Source: a virus | Virus record (IMG/VR): IMGVR_UViG_3300035210_000189 | Span: 32,001-96,000 of that record | Reading direction: 5' to 3' (one strand) | Length of the DNA stretch: 64,000 nt | Shown here: one piece after another, positions 58,274 to 64,000 of the stretch | Layout: every line of letters starts with the position of its first letter | How positions within the stretch are numbered: position 1 is the first letter of the stretch | Notes under the pieces: model-generated | Seen by the model: the letters and a program-made list of their open reading frames with translations, nothing else | The model's database searches: none | Told to the model about the DNA's origin: nothing | Program-made: the position numbers and the translations under genes

Positions 58274-58432
58274 TCGTTCACACAGAGCAAGACCTGCATT
58301 AAGCTAAGACTGGCAGCTTGATACGGGAATTATACCGGCCCAGCGGTTTAGCAGAGCGATAGGAGCAATCCTTGACCGTAGAAGCAGTGATAATCGGTGA
58401 CTTGGTGGTGGAAATAGCAACCACATAGTACA

Positions 58433-58461
58433 AAAAAAAGACTTCTTCGGAAGTCTTTTTT
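58433..58461. terminator. bidirectional intrinsic terminator
   Basis: An-GACTTC-TTCG-GAAGTC-Tn between convergent units. Confidence 0.85.
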
Positions 58462-58467
58462 GTTTGT

Positions 58468-59100
58468 TTACATTTTAAATTTTCTTTTGTTTTCACTTTT
58501 TGGCTTTGGTGTTTCTCTGTTGGCTAACAAATTAATCCACTGCGTGTCTTCACGGCCTTGTTTGTCAGCACCATGATACAATTTCACATCACCAAACAAT
58601 TTCGAATCTTCAAGTATTTTTGATAATTCTGGTATGGTGTAGTAGCTGAAAAACCTTCCTTTTGGATCGCTAGATTCACCTTCACCACTTTTGAAGCTTG
58701 CATAGATCTTTCCGCCTTCTTTCATGCTGTCAGCAATTTTCAATAAAGTGGTTTTCAATTCTTCTTTGTTCAAGTGCAACAATGACGCCATACACCACAC
58801 ACCATCAAACTCACATTTCCAGTTTATTTCTGAGAAGTCTTTGTGTTCAACTTGTACACCAGAATTGCTTTTTGCTATTTCAACTAGTTCTTTGGAAGCA
58901 TCCATGCCTTGCACATTGAAGCCAAGATTTTTGAAAGCGATTAAATCACGTCCTGAACCACAGCCAGCGTCTAAGATCTTTGCCCCAGCAGGCATGTTCT
59001 TGGTAAATTCCTTGTGGAGATCGGATATGTCCAAGTTGATAGTGCTTTGAGCATATTCATCAGCATTCTTATTGTAGTAATCTATTGTCTCTTTATTCAT
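58468..59100 (-). CDS. class I SAM-dependent methyltransferase (Methyltransf_11/25-like)
   Basis: TIDYYN, ILDAGCGSGRD, GMDAS, FDGVWCMASLLHL. Confidence 0.88.
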   Translation of the reverse strand: MNKETIDYYNKNADEYAQSTINLDISDLHKEFTKNMPAGAKILDAGCGSGRDLIAFKNLGFNVQGMDASKELVEIAKSNSGVQVEHKDFSEINWKCEFDGVWCMASLLHLNKEELKTTLLKIADSMKEGGKIYASFKSGEGESSDPKGRFFSYYTIPELSKILEDSKLFGDVKLYHGADKQGREDTQWINLLANRETPKPKSENKRKFKM

Positions 59101-59206
59101 AATTATCTTTATTGTTGATTATTTACATTGTACCACATTTTTTTGTTGTTTAAAGGTTTGGAAAGTGCTATAATCTACGCATACAAACACACAAAGGTGC
59201 TTTACC

Positions 59207-59473
59207 ATGATCAGTGAACGAGTTTCGGTTGATAACTATGTAGTTCGTTTCTACACCAAAGTAGAAGATGCCCGTGATGCTGCAAAATACGAACACATGC
59301 AAGTATGCCAGTATGGTCATGATAACCGTTTTGTTATCACTCCTGACAAAGATGCTGAACATCCAGAATTGATTGATACCACGGGCGTCATTTTCAGCCA
59401 GCGTTCGCAAGAAAATGATGGTCAGGTAAAGCTTTGGATGACTGAGTTTGTTGCTGAACTCACCGTTGTCTAA
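59207..59473 (+). CDS. hypothetical protein
   Basis: promoter, AAGGTG RBS. Confidence 0.7.
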   Translation: MISERVSVDNYVVRFYTKVEDARDAAKYEHMQVCQYGHDNRFVITPDKDAEHPELIDTTGVIFSQRSQENDGQVKLWMTEFVAELTVV

Positions 59474-59631
59474 GTAGGAACTGCTGGGGAGCAGGTAAGA
59501 CCATTAGGAGCCGTTGTAAAAACCTCGCACATGTGAATGTCCGGGGTTTTTTGTTGTCTATAAATAAGTAATGACATTTAAAAACACCTTTGGTATACTG
59601 CACCCATACTAATTAATTCGGAGTAACGACA

Positions 59632-59853
59632 ATGACCAGTAAACTTAACAAAAAAATTGATGAAGAAATGGCAACCTTTATGGCTAAGATGGAAGCTGGA
59701 TTTACACCTGACGCTGCTTTTAAAGCTGTTCTTCGACGTATCCTTAAAGAACAAGACCGCGATACTCGCCATGCGTGTGCAGAGGCTGTTATGCAGACTT
59801 ATAGCACGGGTGAAGCTCATGATGCTTGTATAAATTGCAATACGTTTGATTGA
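59632..59853 (+). CDS. hypothetical protein
   Basis: EQDRDTRHACAEAV motif; GGAG RBS. Confidence 0.7.
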   Translation: MTSKLNKKIDEEMATFMAKMEAGFTPDAAFKAVLRRILKEQDRDTRHACAEAVMQTYSTGEAHDACINCNTFD

Positions 59854-59970
59854 TATAAGCACACAAGATAATGTCTATATTAAAAGAGCCGACGAAAGGC
59901 TCTTTTTTTCGTTTAGCCCTTTTATTTGTTAGTATTTGATATATAATAGTTGCAAACTAAGGAGTGTATT

Positions 59971-60654
59971 ATGTTTAAATTAATGGCGGTTCTTTTCTCG
60001 GGATTATTCCTTACTGGTTGTGCCGTTCATGACATCGGTAAAACATTGGACAGAAAGAAAGATAATTATTCCATTCTTGAAACTGTTCATGAGCCACAAA
60101 ACAATTTGAACTATGTCCGGTTTGAAAGTCGTAAAACAGATGGAGCAGACACTTACTTTACTGTTTCCAGTGGTGTTCAATGGAACGATGACTATGTGGT
60201 CGCTTTAAAAACCACTGAAAGTGAGAATGATAAGTTTGCCTGTCTTGATGCATGTGGGGTTGTCTTTATCAAGAAACATAAAACAGCACCCGTGCCTGAA
60301 TGGCGTCACCGTGTCAGTAACGAGCCTGTTATTTTGTTAGGGGCTTCTGATGAAGTTGACGAAACGTTTGTTTTTAAATCAATGGACATTGATGTTTCTG
60401 CTATCAGTGCTGACATTACACCTTATCCAGTTTATGCAGTTCCTACAACGATTGTTGAGAATAATGCAGAAGGTGGCCCTGTTTATGGGAATGACGGTAA
60501 AGTGATTGGTATCATTTCTGGCTTCGTCAACACAGTGGATGATACAGGTGAACGATTAACCTATCTGGATGGTTTTGATTCTGGTTATTTTGCTTTGTAT
60601 ATTCCATACAGTGAATTGATTAGAGCATGGGATTTAGTCAAACCTGTTAAATGA
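59971..60654 (+). CDS. trypsin-like lipoprotein, catalytically degenerate
   Basis: lipobox LTGC; VQWNDDYVVALKT (His lost), NNAEGGPV (Ser lost). Confidence 0.72.
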   Translation: MFKLMAVLFSGLFLTGCAVHDIGKTLDRKKDNYSILETVHEPQNNLNYVRFESRKTDGADTYFTVSSGVQWNDDYVVALKTTESENDKFACLDACGVVFIKKHKTAPVPEWRHRVSNEPVILLGASDEVDETFVFKSMDIDVSAISADITPYPVYAVPTTIVENNAEGGPVYGNDGKVIGIISGFVNTVDDTGERLTYLDGFDSGYFALYIPYSELIRAWDLVKPVK

Positions 60655-60775
60655 TTAGTGGATATTTAGAAAAGGACTGCAGAGTCCTTTTTTATTGCTT
60701 AAATTTTGGTTTTTATTTACTTATAGCGTGCTTTATGTTATGATAAGCCATCTAAATCAATAGGTAATCGAGCAA

Positions 60776-61360
60776 ATGAACCCAATTCCATCCGATATCT
60801 ACAAATCCATGATTCTTAGCAATCCTTCCATTCATAAGTGGCGTATGGATTGTTTGTTTACTATTTTCTTTGATGCGAAATCACACTTTTCGTTTTCGAC
60901 AGATGGTCATATCGTGCCCGCTTTTGATTTAAAACCGAATCAATCAATGAACCACGATCCTAAGCCTTATGCGAAAACCTTGAAAGGATCTAAGCTTTCT
61001 AAAAAAGAGATTGCATTTCGTAAAGAATATGAACAAAAACTTTATCTTTTTATTGAAGCCAACATTGATGAGATTTCCAAATCTCCGGCTCATTTCAATG
61101 AACGTCATCGAAGCTATGATAACAACTATCCAGCAAGCGTTATTACAAAAGAATCACTGTTTTTCAATTTGCCTAAAAAGGTTGCTCCGGTTTGGATTGA
61201 AGAACTAAAATTCATTGCCCAAAATGGATCTTCGGCTTTGTGGAGAGAGTTTTGTGGTGAATATGGTTCGACTGATGATAACACGATTTGGAAAAGTCAA
61301 GAAGCTCATGAGCTGCACCGGAAAATTTGGTCAATTGTTAAACAACTTGAGAAGGCATAA
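60776..61360 (+). CDS. hypothetical protein (family with 41351)
   Basis: K.MILS.P...W..C...IF.D..S.F.F. Confidence 0.75.
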   Translation: MNPIPSDIYKSMILSNPSIHKWRMDCLFTIFFDAKSHFSFSTDGHIVPAFDLKPNQSMNHDPKPYAKTLKGSKLSKKEIAFRKEYEQKLYLFIEANIDEISKSPAHFNERHRSYDNNYPASVITKESLFFNLPKKVAPVWIEELKFIAQNGSSALWREFCGEYGSTDDNTIWKSQEAHELHRKIWSIVKQLEKA

Positions 61361-61365
61361 TTAAT

Positions 61366-62004
61366 ATGACAACTGTACATGATTGTGTTAAAGATGCTAT
61401 GATTAACTATAATTCAATTTTTGCCACTCGTTGGCATGTGCTTAAGCATGTATTCTTTTGCAAGGGGACAGGCTATCAATGGTCTGGCGACAGTATTTAT
61501 TGCACAGCTCAAAGCTCTGATCGACGTTGGAAGGTAAGTCGCAAAGCACCACTTTCTGTTCGTGATTTCATGGTTTTTTTTGATGAACAAGAAAGTAAAC
61601 GGAAAAATAATACAAATTATCCATTTCAAAAAGATGATGCTGTGGTTGCTTTGAATCGTAAATTTCTGGCGTTCCATGCTAGTTTCTTGGTTGAACATAT
61701 AGATGAATTGGTTGATAGCCAGATTGCTATTACTGATGATGATTTGCCTAAAAAAATTCACATTGATGGTGGCAATAGTTTGTTTTGGCATCCACCAGAA
61801 CAAATGGCAAAAGATTGGCGAGACGCTTTGGTCGAGGTCGGTACCATTATGTTGGAACTTATCAAAAATCATTATGCTAATGGTGATGACAGTGATACGG
61901 CTATTTGGTCTTGCAACGTGACCAAGAAAACTTACTTTCAAATGAAAGAACACGTTGAGTTGGTCAAAACAAAACAATATAAAGCCAAAAAGAAAAAAGC
62001 TTAA
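61366..62004 (+). CDS. hypothetical protein (family with 41929)
   Basis: YN..F.TRW.VL.H.F...G.G..W. Confidence 0.75.
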   Translation: MTTVHDCVKDAMINYNSIFATRWHVLKHVFFCKGTGYQWSGDSIYCTAQSSDRRWKVSRKAPLSVRDFMVFFDEQESKRKNNTNYPFQKDDAVVALNRKFLAFHASFLVEHIDELVDSQIAITDDDLPKKIHIDGGNSLFWHPPEQMAKDWRDALVEVGTIMLELIKNHYANGDDSDTAIWSCNVTKKTYFQMKEHVELVKTKQYKAKKKKA

Positions 62005-62101
62005 TCATTAACTATTAAAGGACTGAATAGTCCTTTTTTGTTGCTTATCTTTTAGTTTTTTGATATAATAACGACCTCATAAACCAACATAGAGAGTAAT
62101 C

Positions 62102-62827
62102 ATGTTCAGACATATCGTTATTGCTACGATTACCAGCTTGATTGTTGGTTGTTCGTTTAATCCCTTCAATTCAGAAGCTGAACGAGCAAAACAGCCCATT
62201 GATGGACTTAAAAACTATAATGTTGTGCAAGACGCCAGTGTTAATATGGGCGGTAGAGAACTGAGCTTTATCACTTTTGAGAAAACTGTTGAAGTTGTGG
62301 TTAATCAAAATGGAAAGATGATTAAAGACTCTCAATCACAATATGCCAGTGGTGTTCAATGGAATGAAGATTATGTGGTGACGACCAAAAATGTCGATTT
62401 TGCAGACGGGTCTGTTCAGCCATGTATCAAAGATTGTGAGATTCAATTTATCAAACGAAAAGCAACCGCTCCGGTTCCTGATTGGCGTTCTCATGTTGTT
62501 AATGAGCGAATCACCTTTGTAGGGATTGAAAGTGAAGCTCGTTTTCGTGCTGAATTTGGCATGGATTTGAACGTTAAAACCTATACTGAAACCAATACCG
62601 GCACGTTGCTCAATGTAGCCGATAATCAAATTGTTAACGGCATGTCAGGTGGTCCAGCTTATGGTCTGGATGGTAAAGTCGTTGGTATTTTGACGGGTTC
62701 GACTGAAACGATAAATCTTCGTAATTCAACCAATCGTAATTTGAGTGGACGTGGTGAACACTTGTCAGTCTATCTTTCTTATGAAGATGTTCAGAAAGAA
62801 TGGGAAAAATTTCAACAATCACATTAA
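62102..62827 (+). CDS. trypsin-like lipoprotein, catalytic His replaced
   Basis: lipobox IVGC; VQWNEDYVVTTKN (His replaced by Asn), GMSGGPA (Ser retained). Confidence 0.75.
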   Translation: MFRHIVIATITSLIVGCSFNPFNSEAERAKQPIDGLKNYNVVQDASVNMGGRELSFITFEKTVEVVVNQNGKMIKDSQSQYASGVQWNEDYVVTTKNVDFADGSVQPCIKDCEIQFIKRKATAPVPDWRSHVVNERITFVGIESEARFRAEFGMDLNVKTYTETNTGTLLNVADNQIVNGMSGGPAYGLDGKVVGILTGSTETINLRNSTNRNLSGRGEHLSVYLSYEDVQKEWEKFQQSH

Positions 62828-62851
62828 TTATTTTAATATTAGGAGAATACA

Positions 62852-63061
62852 ATGGAAGCTAAACTTAAAGAATATCAAGCGATGACTGAACGTTTTCGTG
62901 TGTTGGAAACCGAAATCCTGACATCCATTCAAGCCGTGGGAAAAGCCAAAGGCTTTAATTGGTCGATTCACTCTATTTCTAATTTGTTTGTTGGTGCTGA
63001 CTACGTTTCTTTTAAAGTCAATGGTCTGCCCAAACGTCTTGAAATGCATGAGGTTGTTTAA
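62852..63061 (+). CDS. small hypothetical protein
   Basis: AGGAG RBS. Confidence 0.65.
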   Translation: MEAKLKEYQAMTERFRVLETEILTSIQAVGKAKGFNWSIHSISNLFVGADYVSFKVNGLPKRLEMHEVV

Positions 63062-63091
63062 TATCCATCATTTTAATTAAAGGTTTTCTCC

Positions 63092-63874
63092 ATGAAAAAT
63101 ATTATCAAAAACCATTTAAAAAAATTATTTGAAGAGACTTTTAAACTTCCAGTTCATAAGATCCTTTTCTCTAAAAATAAGTATAATTCTCAAATTTTTG
63201 CCGGTAATGTTTATTATGGCGACAATAAAAAATTAAAATATAAATTTACGACAACTCCTATCAATGAAGACTCATTTACAACTAAGTTAGTTATTCCAAC
63301 TGATGATGATTTGTATCAATCTGATTATTTTTCTGGTTTGATTGAAAATCATGTCATTTATCAAAAAGTCAGAAGTTGTTATAATTTAAACCATAAGTAC
63401 AAACAGTTTCGCCTTGATGAATATGAATCTCCTATTGTCATCAAGCAGACTGTCAAAAACAACAAAGTCGAAGTTACTCATGATTTTCAATTACATATTT
63501 TCTCTGTGAATGGTTTGAATTCAAAGTCTGTTTTAGAAGGTCAGTTGGACACTAATATTTTTCTTGAATGGACAGATAATAACCTCATTAATGTTCGTGA
63601 TCCTTATTTGAAACAAAATATTCATTATCCTAACAAGCGACGTATCATTGCTTTTCAGGGGCATGGTGATCAAAATATGGAGCAAAATGAAGATACTTAC
63701 AATTTTATTTTAGATATTATCCATCAAAACTTTATTCACTTTATCGCTTATCATCAACGTGGCACTGTACCTATTGATGAAATGACAATTGAAGAAGTTT
63801 ACAAGACAAATCATACGGAATTAAATTATAGATTCATTTCTGAAAATCTTGTTCGGGATATGGTTTTGATTTAA
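63092..63874 (+). CDS. hypothetical protein with C-terminal M-x-x-I tag
   Basis: ends SENLVRDMVLI*. Confidence 0.75.
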   Translation: MKNIIKNHLKKLFEETFKLPVHKILFSKNKYNSQIFAGNVYYGDNKKLKYKFTTTPINEDSFTTKLVIPTDDDLYQSDYFSGLIENHVIYQKVRSCYNLNHKYKQFRLDEYESPIVIKQTVKNNKVEVTHDFQLHIFSVNGLNSKSVLEGQLDTNIFLEWTDNNLINVRDPYLKQNIHYPNKRRIIAFQGHGDQNMEQNEDTYNFILDIIHQNFIHFIAYHQRGTVPIDEMTIEEVYKTNHTELNYRFISENLVRDMVLI

Positions 63875-63947
63875 TACTGTATTTCGTTGCTTAAATCCAA
63901 AAAATACGGTATAATCAGGCTATTAAATTAACTAAGGTCATCATATC

Positions 63948-64000
63948 ATGAAAACTAGTCTTCGCCTTCTTCTCTCTGTTTTGGCTATTACATCGACAAT
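63948..64000 (+). CDS. 3' partial ORF with signal-peptide-like start
   Basis: MKTSLRLLLSVLAITST..., promoter and AAGG RBS upstream. Confidence 0.55.
   Translation, partial: MKTSLRLLLSVLAITST

Noticed and set aside
56497-58496. ORFs 56497(-), 56510(+), 57287(+), 57478(-), 58299(-) and the 5' extension of 57971(+)
   Set aside because: They overlap structured RNAs or real genes and lack an RBS; likely spurious.
1-64000. Stop-codon recoding or alternative genetic code
   Set aside because: Standard-code ORFs tile the window densely, all three stop codons end genes, and no suppressor tRNA is present (the TAG anticodon reads Leu CTA).
1-64000. Definite assignment as phage versus plasmid, or to a named host
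   Set aside because: No structural, replication, partition or conjugation core genes lie in this window.

Overview
AT-rich (visually about one-third G+C, not computed), densely coded accessory region of a large mobile element: most likely a jumbo phage or a phage-like megaplasmid of a Gram-negative host. No capsid, replicase, relaxase or integrase gene is visible, so the two cannot be told apart here. About 110 mostly + strand, mostly hypothetical ORFs, many with their own sigma70-type promoter and intrinsic terminator, and many in tandem paralog arrays. Recognisable products: a PilV-type type IV pilin adhesin, a KTSC protein, a Zn-dependent deaminase, two RNA ligases (DRB0094/Rnl2-like and T4 Rnl1-like), a metallophosphoesterase, three GNAT acetyltransferases, a DUF1643 protein, an N6-adenine DNA methyltransferase, a class I SAM methyltransferase, three trypsin-like lipoproteins (two catalytically degenerate), tRNA-Leu(TAG) and tRNA-Cys(GCA). 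Two unexplained signals stand out. (1) At least 10 largely unrelated 207-270 aa proteins across the window end in the same C-terminal tag, hydrophobic-x-[D/E/K/R/Q]-M-x-x-[I/Y]-stop, which suggests a shared targeting, docking or degradation signal. (2) There is a large set of non-canonical structured RNAs: an island at about 56.5-58.5 kb with CCA-ended tRNA mimics, a Y-RNA-like fold and two paralogous promoter-driven RNAs sharing a repeated GAUUAAAAC three-way junction with compensatory stem changes, plus stand-alone RNA candidates at about 21.0-21.3 kb (minus strand) and 49.4 kb. All structures were folded by eye, and no database search was run.
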